A stretch of DNA of 64,000 nucleotides from Guillardia theta CCMP2712. Its lineage: Eukaryota; Protista; Cryptophyta. The stretch is from the NCBI RefSeq assembly GCF_000315625.1, contig NW_005434471.1:8669-72668 (forward strand), written 5' to 3'. Both the position numbers and the translations under genes were made by a program. The number at the start of each line of letters is the position of its first letter. The stretch's first letter is position 1. Shown here one piece after another: positions 12,672 through 26,058 of this stretch. The notes under the pieces were generated by a model. It had not been told where the DNA came from and ran no database searches. It was given only the letters and a program-made list of their open reading frames with translations.

Positions 12672-13490
12672 GGCGACAGCCGCTCAGCTGCTCCCCTAGT
12701 AAAGTCTGCAGTCAGACCGGTTTTGTCGAATGGTCAGCTGTCTTGGGGAAAATCGATTTCACGAGGACTGTGTTCACACACTAAGGTAAATAGCCCCCAG
12801 GTTTCAAGATACAAGACTCCAATCTCACTTCTTCAATCTGCTCTTGCTCGTGCCTGGTCAAACTCATCCAATTCCTGCCTGCTTGCCACGTCGATCATTC
12901 TTGATTGATCCAGAAAAAGGTTTGTGAGTTCACAATACATCAACTCTGTCTCGTGCTGTCTTGTTTGTTGCCGTCTCCGTCAAAATCTCTGCTCTCGCGC
13001 CCTTGCTTCGCCGTTCCTGCTGCCCTCCTATTGGTGTACCTCGCCCCTCCCCTTCATTCCTCCATTTTCAAAAAAATTCATGTAGTTTTAAAAACATTGG
13101 AAGCAATACCCTTCGTAACTTCGTTGTACCGTCAGTGTTTTATAAATGTTTTATAAATGTATGAGATTTATAAATACAGAAGGCTATAGATCTGAAGATA
13201 AGTTTACAACACTAATTTAAAGTGAATCGTTGTTTCTTTTGTGAAGGTCCCCGGTATAAATGTCCTTTAAACGTTGCCTTTTTAGATCGTTTGAGATCCC
13301 GGCCCCCACACGTCCCCCACCGGGTCCGTCACACCGGGCCGGGCTGACCGGGATGGCACTGGCGCCATGGCACTTGCCCGGCACAGGAACACTAGGAACT
13401 CTGATGAGTAAAACTTTCGTCCCGAGCCCGCAAGATGCCGGCAAGCCCCGGGGAAACTTGTCTCACAGACCTCGTTCTCAAGGGTATCAG

Positions 13491-16018
13491 CCATGCCGGG
13501 GCTGATGTGGCAGGCGATGCCATGGCGGGGGCTCGAGAGGCAGCAGGTGAAGGTCTCGCAACTCTCAGAGTCCACCACCGTGACGACCGTCCAATGGCCC
13601 GTCTGCTTGCGGGAAGAAGCAGCGCTCTTAGGAAGCTTCTGCGTCGCTCCAACTACCAACAACTTACCAGGGGTGCGTACTAAACTTCGCTCCATGCGAT
13701 CGAACGTTCGAGGAAGTGACCTGCTGCTAGAACCAGGACGATCAGCTTCCTCGCCTCTCATTTCAGGTCTGCCATGATGGCTTTCGATCTTCTCTTCCTG
13801 AAGCTTCACAGGTCGAACCGCAGATACCCTCCCACGCCACTGTGTTCCTCCTCAGCGATGAGAACGATGCCTTTCAGCGTCTGTTCCTTTGGTAGCACTC
13901 ATCGACGTGCTGATGGATGCTCACTGAGCTGCCAGGGGAGGCAGAGGGAATGTTAGTGCGGGTTGCGAGCACTTGATGGAAGCAAGCAAGGTCAGTTCCG
14001 CCCGCATGGAAGTTCCTCATACCGCTGGCAGGCAACCGTCTTTGCAGATGCGACGAGTGGTGCGAGGGTGTTCGATGATGTGGGCTCTAGTGACTCCGAT
14101 CTGCAGGACATGTCAATGGAGCTCGATCTCTGACTGGAAGCCGCTACCATCAATGGTTCCCTGCTGGGCTTCCTCGGTCTCAGTTCCGGCTGAGACGATT
14201 GACAGGTATGCCATCGCGGTCGATTGCTCGAGGCCAAGACCCTCATGCCCCAACATCACCATGGTGCTGCATGTGTTGACTCTGCTCGGTCTGACCGTAC
14301 CTTCTCCTCTCGTACTGGATGGCTTCAGGCCCAAATCTCCTACTTCCATCCCAACTCCGATGGGTCCATGGACGTAGCTCTTCAACTGGCACTGCGCATG
14401 CTCTGTTGATTTCTCTTTCGCTGCAGATGTGTAGGAATCTTGCGATGGGCAGTGCAGGTATAGCAGCGATACTCAAGGAAACGTTTCATGTACTCTCAGT
14501 CTGTCTGGGTGTAGAAGTAAGACTTCCATTCAGAAAACGCTTGAGCATTTGGGAGTTTCCAACCCTCTTCACGTCGTCGGTCTCTCTCCCTTCAGCATCG
14601 TCATCCTCTATACTTGCGCTCTGGTGGAGACTCGCAGTGAAGGAAAGGATGGAGTCTCACGGCTGCGTGCAGGCGATGGTTCTGTGCGCCATTTTGCTAG
14701 GAAGCATGTCGCGAATAGAGCAGGACCAGGGGAAGAAGCTGGTTTACCTACGAAGCTGCTTTGCTCTTTTGGTGGCTGGCTTCAGCTACCTCTGCATGTC
14801 GACTGGAAACGGGATTTCCTTCCTCAAGCCCATAGGTCTTCGACATGTTTCAAGTGCTGCCCGATCTGACAGACTCCTCCTACAGGAGGAACCGGCCCCG
14901 CTACATCATGGGCATTCAGGTGATACAGGGAGTAAGAACTCGAAAGACTGATCAGAAGTCAGCTCGACCAGACTTGAAGTTGCAGAAGAAGGAATGCAAG
15001 TTGCCTCCTACCCTCTCTTCTACGTCAGGTGACCGAGCCATTGACCAACTGTTGCTGACACCTCCGACTAGATACCTCAGCATGATGGTCTCGACTTCGT
15101 GCATACTATACAACCTGTGTGTGATTGCAGCCGTCAATGCCCCAGTTAAGAAGGTCCGTCATCTTCTTTCATGACCACCTCTCATGAACTCACAGCTCCT
15201 TCTGTTCGTCAATGCAAGCATGTGGGCTCTCTTTCTCTCAGGCGCTGTCATCTTCTCACCTCTGAAATGGGTCTGATCTTCTCTGCCTTGTGCTGTTCTT
15301 GTCATGTGATACTGCGGATGGTGCCTTCAAGGTCCTGTGGTTGTTTGCTTCCCTTTCCTGCTGGGCGTGCTCCTGGACAATCAGGAAGGACTTATGGGAT
15401 GCAAGCAGCATGTAAGTACACCCCAGACGAGTGGTCAGAGTGACGAGACTGCAGGAGGGATCGGCCAACTCGTCGGCTCTTCCACAAGGTATCAGACAAT
15501 CTCCTTGTCCTGCTGAGAGGTTTCATCGTTTCATTCTTAGTCCTCGCAGAAGATGACGTGCCTTAGTGTCCCCCGCACATACACACTCCTCTCGCCCTTT
15601 TCCTAGCTGACGAATCGGTTTTCTCAGCTGGCTGCCATCGTTCTTCTATCATGGACGGTCTACCCGATCTTCTGGCTGATCAGCGACGGAACGAGGTTGC
15701 TGGGATAGCCTATGACTGAGGCATGTCACGTGGGTTACAGGACTCTTCCAAGTGACGTCGTGATCATGGCGCATGGAGCGGTGGATATTCTTGCGCTGGT
15801 GAGGGACGTGATAGGAGCTGCTCTTTCTCTGACGTGGCGATTTTGTTTCTCGCAGTGTATTTTTGGCCTGTTACTGTTGCGGAATGTTCCCAGGTTGAGC
15901 ACCCTTCTCCCCAAGGCAAGGCAGTGAACAACCTTCACGTCTCTCGCGTCCTCTCCACCTGCTGATGTGCATCCAGGGCATGGATGGCGAAACAGAGCTG
16001 CTCAACAGTGAGAGTTAA
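13491..16018 (+). CDS. Microbial (type 1) opsin-like 7TM protein lacking the Schiff-base lysine, with long N-terminal extension; start approximate
   Basis: Helix B KKLVYLRSCFALLVAGFSYLCMSTGNG; helix C RYLSMMVSTSCILYNL; helix F WTVYPIFWLISDGT; helix G AHGAVDILAL|CIFGLLLL (intron 15799-15855). Confidence 0.8.
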
Positions 16019-16479
16019 CACTCAGTGTGACCGGGAGGGCACCGTCCGTGGTCTGAACTTCGGAACTCGCGAGTCGGCGGAATCGGCGGCGACTGTACTG
16101 GCGTTAAGTTGAACGGCTGCCGGGAGGATCGTGCAAGTTCCGAGTCACACAGTTCACACCTCACACAGTTCGCACCGCTGGCGGGCCGCTGCGGCCTCTG
16201 GCTGTGGTCCCGCGCTTGCGTGAGGCTGTCCGGTCATACCTCAGTGTAAAGAGTGTAATCTGAACTTAGTAAGAGTCCCGCTGGGCCGCCGGGCCCGTCG
16301 GGCGCCGGGCCGGGCCGGGCCGGGGCGGTTAGAAGTTTAGGTTTCCAGTTGTGAAACGAGTTGTCAAAACGAGGCATGAGAAGGAAGACAAGCGTGCGAG
16401 ACGAGGAGAGAGGCAGAGCTTGAGACTTGCTGTCTGTGATTGTAGTCGGATCCAATCGCACGGCAAGGGATCGTCTCAT

Positions 16480-18240
16480 GATGGAAGACGTGGCGTGGGT
16501 GTGTGAAGTCTGTCAAGAACAGATCGAGGGGATCATATGGCAATGCATGCGAGGTCATCTCTTCTGCGGCGACTGTTGCACTCTGATGCTATCCGAGACT
16601 GGTCAGCAAAAATGCAGGGCATGTGGGGCGACGATGGATGGATACCGGAACAGAGCCTTAGAGCGATTGAGAGAAAAGGCGGCGAGCAAAGAAAGTCACG
16701 ACAGTGAAGGTGTGATGCGAAGGCGGAAGGCAGGGGAGGAGGTGTATGCGATGTGGAGCAAGTTCATCAAGAGGGTAGACAACAAGAGAGTCCAAGACCC
16801 TCCTGTCCAATGCAAAGAGGATGAAAAGGGGAAGGGCCAACAGAAGCTTGATAGGAGGCTTGAGTGGCTCACGTGGGTTGTGTTTGCACTCATTGGCTTG
16901 TGCGGCATCTTGATCTTAACGCTCTCATTCCTTATCGTCACACACGCTCTCAGCGGCCTCGGGTCAAGTTTGATTCCTCCGGCCTCGTCGTCTCACAGAG
17001 TGAATGTCTCTCATCCCGGGTCCTTGCACAACATCGGCGGTGTTGTACACAACCACTCCAGCGCGGATGAGGCCGGAGACGAGGAGCTTGAGGACGAGCA
17101 TGAACTTTTCGACAATATGACTGCCGCAAGGAGCGAGAACGAGCTCAACTGGGCTTACATTCCTGTTCCTCGCCCGCTCCCAAAATGCAACTTTAGAGAA
17201 GGCGACGTCGTCGTCATCGAATGGACTTGGGTCATCATGGCTGACTCCATGGGTAGCTTCTGTGTACTTGCTACTCTTCTCTCGCTACTCTTCTCTCGCT
17301 ACTCTTCTCTTTTTCCACTCCCTCCTCCTACTGTGACTACTTGCCGCTTCTTCCGTCTCTTGTCTGTTGTATCCGCCCTGACCTTAGACAGGTTTTGCCT
17401 TCCAAGACTCCCTGAGAGGCGTCGATAAATTTGACCATCACGGCAACCATGACCTCGAGTACGGGGTCTGGGTCTGTTTGATTCCTGAAGCCATCGTGCG
17501 GCAGCCTTGTGTCAACTATCTCCCCAACGGAGAATCGGATCTTGCGTGCTTCAAGTTCCATGAACACAAGCGCGAGTTTCACTTCTGGCGGTGGAACTTC
17601 GGGCCTGAGAAAGGATACACGCCTGTGTCATGGAAGGAAGTGCAGGACGGCAGGCCTGTTCAGTGCGACTTCAAACCAGGGCAGAGAATCACTATCACAA
17701 CCAGCGAGATCGAGCACATGTGGAGGACGCATCATGCATTCAACGGCTCGCTTCCCCCATCGGCCGTGGAGGGAAACAAGAAGCGCTGGTGGTGCATAGG
17801 ACCTCACCTGATGGCTGTCATCCGCACGAGGATAAGTCCAACTAAGGACTGGCTGACAAAGGAGTATCTAGAGCAAGACACCTCCCTCAACAGACCATGG
17901 TGCTCTACCTCGCCTTGTGCCCCGACCCTTGTTTTGATGCTTGTGCTCACAGCTTGAAGTGGTCTTCTGATCTTGGAAGCTACTATGACTACTTTGCTTT
18001 TGACCTTGCGTGCATGCGATTTGACGAGGTAGGGGGCCGACAGTCTGCCTTCGACTTGCTCACAAAGACTGCAGGTGAACAAGAACTTCTACTTCTGGGA
18101 TTGGAACTCAAAGAGGACTGACCCCGGTAAGATCGTTTATAGCGTCGCCTATCGGGCAGTGCGAAGACGAGGACCTTTGGTGATGTGAACTCCACATTCC
18201 GCCATGCAAGTTGTGGTGTAGGAAACTCAATTATGTAAAA
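16480..18240 (+). CDS. SINA-like C3HC4 RING finger protein with one transmembrane helix and a C-terminal Cys/Trp-rich region (putative membrane E3 ligase)
   Basis: CEVC...QCMRGHLFCGDC...CRAC...RNRALERL resembles the SINA RING and the following RNxAxE motif. TM segment WVVFALIGLCGILILTLSFLIV. Confidence 0.7.
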
Positions 18241-18275
18241 TGAATATTGCTATGATCACTTGGCAGCCTCAGCAG

Positions 18276-19711
18276 AGACTTCACGGATCTTTGACATTAG
18301 CTCTCGCAGAAATTCAGCTTGCACGCGTTGGCCATAACTGAGAATCGATTAGATCACCCATGTCCAAGGAATTATGACACTCCTCATCATCATCGCTATC
18401 CCAATCATCATCAATCCATCATTATTTCCAACACCACCACTACAACAATTAGCATCTCCACCGCCAGCATCATCACCACCACCACCATCAGCTCATCCTC
18501 ATCCACATCCTCATCCTCATCCTCATCCTCATCCTCATCCTCATCCTCATCATCACCATCACCACCACCATTAGCAGCAACAGCAACAGCAACAGCAACA
18601 GCTCATCACCTTCCGCTCGCTTTCTGCAGGACAACCTTCTCAACGCAGCTCTGCACGGAGGCCGAGAGCGTGTCCTTGTCAGTCTGAGGGGCTTCACCCT
18701 TGAGCACCTAAGGGACGAGCCCTCACAACCCGCCTCAGCCTCTATCGTTCTCACCTCCTCCAGTAAAGACCCCCACTGGTCAGCGTCGGCTCGGAGAATC
18801 CGACCGAGAACTTCGTCGCTCGTGCCTGCAGCCAGAAGTTCTTCCGCCGCCCACATCTGCAGGAGCTTCTGACAGATCACGACCATCCCGTCAAGGCGAT
18901 CTTCGCTGGCCTTCTTCATGTAGGCAAACACAGTGGCGAGGACCCCCTCGTCCCCCAGGTTCTGCTTCTTCTCCGAGACTTTCTTCCTCATGGTGTTGAT
19001 CTTGTCTGCCTTCAACGGAACGATGAACTCGCCGTTGGGCTCAGCCGCAGAGCTGAGGATCCCCTGGATCAGCTCAGCGGCATCGTCAAGCTTCTCTTCA
19101 GTTCTCTGAACAACTACTTCCAGCGTTGCCACAAGGTTGTCTGCGAGCGCTGAGAGCTGCTGCTTCCTGGTCTCGTCTTGTGACTCGTCGCTCATGGAAG
19201 CGATGCGCAGGAAGAACTTGGGGCTTGAGATCTCCTTGAGGTTCTGAAAGGATGTGAGGCAAGACGAGAAGGGCAAGGCAAGAAGAACCTGACTCGCGAT
19301 GTTGGGGAGCTCGTATGGAGCTGCTTCCGCCATCTTGAGGATGAGGTCGTCCATGAGTTGTTCCTGCGAGGACTTGTCCGACATTCTTAGCAGCAGCATC
19401 CCTCGCTTGCCTATCAAAGAGATCATTCTAGTCACTTTAAAAGAAGTGATGATGTGAGAATAAGCTCGGGCATGCAAGCTTCACCCCTCACCTTGCTTTT
19501 GAGACACCTTTGACGTGCTCAAGGTCACTCGTGGAGATGCTGGTCGACGTAAGCTCGCACTCGCAGAGGCGACGGGTGATGAGCAGTAGGCACGAGGAGC
19601 GAGAGGAGCGAGAGGAGCGTAAGAGAACGCCATGCTAGGATGGATCATCGACAGGCTCACGGCCACTGCCCCCATCACCCTCCGTCTCGTCGTCATGCTC
19701 TCCATTGCCAT
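18276..19711 (-). CDS. Plastid-targeted helical protein of unknown function, multi-exon; 3' end approximate
   Basis: Signal peptide ending SMA-F, Ser/Ala/Pro/Arg-rich transit-like segment, then a strongly coding-biased helical domain (KFFLRIA...VFAYMKKASEDRLDGMVVICQKLLQMWAA). Confidence 0.75.
18494..18602. repeat. Compound intronic microsatellite (TCATCC)n/(CCA)n/(CAACAG)n
   Basis: Directly visible. Confidence 0.9.
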
Positions 19712-19779
19712 CCCGGCCTCCGTGCTGTCACGTTATAAAGGGTCTGCCCCGATAATATTTGCAAGGACAGCATAGTAAT

Positions 19780-21110
19780 GTATATGAAGAAGATGACGCT
19801 ATTGCTCGAAGGATTTTTCTTTCGCTTAATTAGGAGCTGCGGCGGGCTCGTATTCTACCTGCAAGGAGAGTCCCATCAGGGTGCAGGTCAAGGCGCTTGA
19901 ACCTCAACGAAGCAGGAGAGAGAGGAGAACCATGAAGGAGGAAGGGAAGACGCTTCTATCTCAGATGAGCATTCATGGTGCGTCTCTGTGCCTTGAAGTT
20001 ATATGAGCATGAGGCTTGCTTATGAAATGGTCGACTCATGTATACCCATGTCGTATTCGAACGAGAGTCTGTTTTGTTCGTGCGTCAAACGACATGAGAG
20101 AAGTTTTACATGTCATTCAAAAGTCGGCAATGTGAAGTTACTCAGATCTCGGCTTGGTATTCCAAGTGTCTCATCACGGCATTTCAGTGGATTTTTCTTC
20201 CATCCTGCAACCAGTTTGTCGGGTTGTTTCAGCGAGGGAGTTTACGACGACAGCAGTACGGTTTTTTTTGGCGGCATGCCGATGGTAATGAACGAATTCC
20301 ACTTCTAGATTTGAAATGCCGACAACACTGGTATCATTACGTCATTGCCAGTGAGATCAAGCACAAGAATGTAGGCGGTCAACGATGTGATACGTCGGTC
20401 AGGCGAGTCAAGATGAAGTAAATGAGCGGACGGCTCCGATGATAATCTCGGTCGCACTGAGCAAGCATGTCTCGTCAACTGCAGCGAACTCTTGCTGCTG
20501 TTACGACACTCCTGTTTCTCTTTTCTCGATGGCTGTCTGCTGCCCAACCCATACCTCTGCGGCTGATATTCGTGCGACATGTTCAGGAGGCATATCTTTG
20601 GTGCATGTTATATCTCTATTTCCTTATGTCACATGTTTGGACCACTTTTGCCTCCCTTACACACATTCAGGTCCAGCAGCTGCTTATGCGTACAGAGACT
20701 TGGTGTAGGTAGCAGCTGCCATCTCCGTCATCGTGAGCTCTGTGCATAAGGTAGACACGTACCAGCGGCCACGTACGCGTCACGAGCTGCTTCATAGGGG
20801 CCGGTAGCCATCTTCACAGCCTGTGCTGCCTGCATGCCAACATCAGAGCTCGAGATTGATCAGTCTCGCCTTGACCTCGAGGTAGGCGCTCCTCGCCTGC
20901 TCGTACTGGCTCGCGTAATCCTGGAGAGCTTCAAGAAAGTTTCAGTCTCATGGCTAGTCTCCCATATCAGCCTCACAGAAGCTGGTGGACTGAAGCTCCT
21001 CGAAGATGGGAGATGAGGGATCTTGACATATCGGTCAGACTGAGGGACCATGACAACGCAAGAGCACCATGAAAACTCTCAAAGAGCTCCTGAGTTTCTC
21101 GAATAGTCTT
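19780..21110 (+). CDS. Probable multi-exon gene, reading frame not resolved
   Basis: Succession of GT...AG intron-like segments and exon-like composition, divergent from the previous gene. No recognisable domain. Confidence 0.35.
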
Positions 21111-21599
21111 GAACATGTCTGTTTCAAAAGCTATCAGTAAGTGTTTGAGAACATGCAGACATGTTTGTAAATGCGCTTTAACTTGCGAAGCAGTCTTGTG
21201 TTATTGCAGCAATACAAACAAAAGAAACATATCCATATGAACCCTTAGTTATTCACTTCCAACGTCTGTTGCAACACGGCCAGAACAACTAGTCAAAAGG
21301 TTTCATGTCAGCTCTTTCTCACTGAACGAATCTACTGAAGCTGTAGACGTAGCTCAGTGTTTCTTCAGCTCAAGCGGCTGGTGATGCTCTTGAAGCATGA
21401 AACATCAAACAAAAGTGATATGATGTCACTGTCTTGTTCTGCAAAGGCAGCTAAGCCTGATGATAATTCAACGGTGCTATTAGCAGCTGTACTGCAGCTG
21501 CCATCGAACTGCGCTCTGCAACTATGCCCTGTCCGCAGTTGCCGAAATGGCCACTCGGACCTTCACAGGAGTCCCGGAAATAGACTCGGACCGTTAAAA

Positions 21600-22440
21600 G
21601 GCATGAAACGGACAGTAAACTTTCAAGGCCTCGGCCGGGCCTACTAGGCTTCAAGGCCTCGGCCGCCCTCTCATCAGGCCCGGCTCAGTAATAAACTTGA
21701 AAAAAAAATCAGTCGTTTACTCAAAGTTAAGTTAAAGCATCGGCGACCGTCCGCCCGGCCCCGGGGGACTCCCGGGCTCCCGGAGTGATCGGCGGAAACT
21801 TGAAATCACAAGTTCACCAGGCGGCCCGGCCCAGGCCACCGGGTGGCCCCCCGGCGTTGCCACCAGTTAACTCGTCCGAGTCGGAGTCCGATACGACGCC
21901 GGTTCGCCGAGCCCCCCCGGTCAGCCCACGAGGCTGGATCACATGACACTCAGTGGCTAGGCTGAGTGAGGCCATTTGTTCAACGAGTCAAAAACCATCC
22001 GGGCGGCGTGTGATTCAACGCCGGGTTGGGTCTGGCGCTGTAACTTGAAGCCACACTCGCGGGAGGCCCGCACTCACGGTCCGGCGGAACCCAAGTTGGA
22101 ACCGTGATAGTAGCCGCCGCTCGCCCCCCCGACAGTGGCAGTGCCAAGTACCAGCCTAGTAGGCTTCACGGGCCCAGTGACGGTGAATATCCCGATCATC
22201 TTAAACGACAACTGGATGCAACGAGGCGACGCCAAGAGGTTTTACTTCACATAGAGAGTCAAGGACTGAGATGATCCGATCGGAAGAGCAGGCCGCCGCC
22301 GGGCCCGGGGAGTTGGCTCCCTCCCGACTCCGGCGGGACCCTCAAAGCTGACTGGCTGGTAAATTACACGAGCAGGCTACGACCTCAGCCTAGCAGTTGG
22401 CGATCTGATAGTCCCGCCCTTGCCCCTGCTCACTGGCCAG
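21600..22440. repeat. GC-rich CCGG/GGCC intergenic repeat island including one copy of the TTTACTCAAAGTTAAGTTAAA motif (21716-21736)
   Basis: Direct repeat TTCAAGGCCTCGGCCG twice near 21622-21665; motif shared with 8367 and 53477. Confidence 0.6.
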
Positions 22441-22441
22441 G

Positions 22442-25400
22442 TCAAGGGTACAACGATAAGATCAGTGGAGATGCGAAACTCACTGGCGGAGGAACAGGTT
22501 CAGGAGGAAGCTCGCGAGACATCTCGCGCTGAATACCAATGGAGCGATTCTCTGTGAAAGACAACCAGTGAGGAAGTGAGAGGGAGGAGGAAGGGAAAGA
22601 GGTAGACCGAGATAGAGAAAGAGGGCGAGAAGGTGATCGAGAGGAAGGGAACGGGGCAGAGCGAAGGAGGGTACCTCTTCTTTCCTTCTCCTCTCTCTGC
22701 CTTCTTTCTCGTAGCTCAAGAAATTTGGATCTTGACTCACCCATCAACATCCATGAGCCTCCTCTCACGCTCTCACCTGACGCCCATCTGTGCGATGCGT
22801 TGCAGGACTGCCGCTGCTGACGGCCGCTGCTCGGGATCCATATGCCAGCAGTCTCTGCGAGCCACTGAGGATGCGAGTCACTCGACCCTCCAGCACAGAC
22901 CTGAGCAAGTCCGCCAACTGTAGAGGCGTGTCTGCTGGGATGGGAGGTCGCTCCCCCAGGTGAGCCACTGCCTGCCTCACGTCTTGAAAGTTTGAGCCGT
23001 CCCACGGCAGCTGCATGATGAATATTGCATGGTCAGTGAGAGAAGCAGCGTGGTTCAGTGAGCGAGGAGGAGGCAACAGGCAGCGGGTGAAGTGAGGGAT
23101 ACGAGGAGATATATGTGTACACACCTTGGACGTGAGCATCTCCCACATCATCATTGACAAGGAGTAAATGTCAATCTTCTCTGTGCACTTCTCGTCCCTG
23201 CTCAAAATAGCGTCGTCAAAGAGAAGGTCGTCCCGACGTCAACGCTCAGCGTTCCTGTACGACTCTGGTGCCATGTAGCGAGGGGTTCCTGCCAAGTTGC
23301 TTCTTGTCTGCAAGAAACCTCAGCAAGGTTCACGGCCAAGAGACAGCAAGGCTACCTGAATGTACTTCCCTTTCTTTTCACACGCTAGACCGAAGTCTGC
23401 CAACTTGAGCAGTCCTGCTAACATTATGAGCGAGAGATCCTTCAACTTACCCTCTCACCTTTGGAGTCAATGAGCAAATTCTCAGGCTTGATGTCTCGAT
23501 GGACTACGTTGCAGAGGTGCAGGTACCGCAGGATGTCCGCAACCTACGGGGAGAACTTGAGGACGAGCAAGGGAGGGTCTGAAAGGCACCTGGGCGGAAT
23601 ATTCTAACACTTCCATGTGCTGCCAAAATTGTGCATGTCAAGGCTCGGTGAGGATTAGAGATTCAGCAGCGCAACCTTCATCGGCTTGTATGGAGCATTG
23701 TGGATAACATTGTGCAGTGACCCGCCGCTCACGATCTCAGTCACAAGCAGGAAATCTACTTTACAGAAGCTGAAAACTGCACATCACGGCATGCACGGAA
23801 AGTTAATGTGATGTCTCACCCAAAGACTCGGAGCACCCCTGGGTGCAGCAACGAGCGCAGCAGATATGCTTCTCGCTGAAACTTCTGCACTTCATATCTA
23901 TCAAAAAGTGTCAGGAGGGCGTCAGAGGCTCTTCACTGGTGACCTGTTGTTCCGTACGCTGTCTTTCAGTCTCTTCACTGCACATGGAAGCTGCCAAGTT
24001 GCACTGTGAACCTCAGCAAAAGATCCTGGCACGTGCCTTCACCATGCGCCCCTGGTGAGACAATCAAGAAAAACACCTGATCCGAGCATTCGATTCAAAG
24101 AGATGTCGTTGGATTTGATGGCAAGAACATGCTCGCGAGCCTGATGACATCACGTTTTGTCAGCATACATGCAGCCATCTCGAGCCCTGCTGACAAACCT
24201 CATCTCGCATCGCCCGCAGAGCCTCTTCGACAATCTTGATTCGTTCTTTGAGCTTTTGGATTTCTAGATCACTGTCATTCGAAACGCTGCCATTCCCCGC
24301 GCTGCTTTCAGACGAGATCATCTTTGCTTGCAACCCATTCACATGAACAAGCTTTCGAGATAAGATCTCAATCTTTGCATAGGCCTCTTCGATCTCCTTG
24401 TCTTTCTGCCGCAGTTGACGCTTCAACTCATCAATTACTTGACCTTCCCTTCTCTCATCATAGTCTGAACTGCTTCCGTTTAATCGCCTTGCTGAGGGAG
24501 ACATCACGACCTTGCCGTCTCGGTCGGACGCTTTTGTGTCCGACGACCGATCCGTTCCGCTGCCAACGTCATTCGATCCATATTTCGCTCCGTCGTGGTT
24601 GAAGGAGCTGGATTCTAATTTCTTCAACCTCTGCTCCATCTCACTCATCTCAGCCTTCAGTTTCTTTTCCCTCTCATCTGCCCTCATCAGCTGTTGTTGT
24701 AATGCAGCATTGTCCGAAGCTAACCGGGATGCTCTGCCCTCAGCTTCTTGGTGCACACGATTCAGGCCGGATATCTCCATCTTGAGGGAGCTAATTTGAG
24801 TTTCGACATCATGGATGGATGATTGTCCGTTCCTAGACATGTCCAGAGACGAGCTGAACTTGTCGAAACTCACAGGCACAGCTGGAAGTCGATCGGAGCT
24901 TGACCTGATTGCGTTGGCACTTTTCTCGTCGCTTTGAGTCTGAATGATTGCGGAGTTGAAATCTGACACTCTTGTCGTATTGCGACCACTAGAATAGAGC
25001 GAAGGAGAGGTAGGAGTAGGCTGCAGGTCATGAAGATCGTGAGACTTCACAAAGACGCGTGTCAACAAGATGGTTGAAACCACAAGAGGAGGTTTACCGA
25101 TAATCGCCTCTCCTGGTCGAAAGAGTGAAGCTGACGGTAATTTAGTTGCAACGGAGAGATCTCATTGCAGACCCACCTGCTGACTGACGTGCAGTTGACT
25201 CGGTCCTATACTGTTCTGACGATCCCTGTTTCCGGCTCAATCACTTCCAACATCCGTCTGACAATGTAGAGTTTTACGAACCTGGATGACGATAGTTTGC
25301 CTTGTGAGCTGTAAGATATATGTAGACTTAAAAAACGTCATGATCGAAATCCCAGAACAAACAAAGCAAACCCTACTTGGTCGGTGCTTTTGGTTGGAGG

Positions 25401-25573
25401 GTGTAGGTGGAAATTTGCGGCCTATAGATGTCTTTGGAAACATTCAAATCTCAGCTTCAAGACATAAATTCGCAAAGCAGCTCACCAGAGCTAGAGTGAT
25501 ACATCTGAGGATCTTGTGCACTGTAAGTCGCACGATGCACGGAGTTCACAACGTTGGCACCGCCGGAAGCCAT
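22442..25573 (-). CDS. Tyrosine-kinase-like (Raf/MAP3K-like) Ser/Thr protein kinase with Ser-rich N-terminus and coiled coil
   Basis: Spliced motifs [61 protein letters not shown]...[16 protein letters not shown]. Confidence 0.9.
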
Positions 25574-26058
25574 CGCTGAGGTTGAAGTATGGACTACCAT
25601 TTGAGGCGATGAATGGAACTGCCCCTGCATGGGCGCTTGCAGAGAAGAGATTAGACCGAGCAGGAGCGAAGGTCGGGGGATCTCATCATATCAGATGGAG
25701 GGACATTCAGCAGCTCGCCCTCGATATTGCAAATTGCGGGAGATATACGAACTCAGCGAGTCTGAAGCGAGAGAAAAGAGTCTGTTCCATTTCATACGAA
25801 ACATGGGCATCGTGGCGTACGATAAGAACAATACAGAACAAAATCATGGAAAACAAACTTCGGCTATATCGGTAGATATACAACATTACATCTACTCATG
25901 GCGAACCCCCATATCATCTAAATTGCTTCGACTTGCGCATCCAAATCATCCCAATACAGTTTAAATATGCTTGCACCTATGTTTGCGAAAATGCTTTCTA
26001 GCTTTCCTGCTACTCTTCCTCACCATCTCCTTCTGGTCCTTATCGCGCCAAAAATGAC

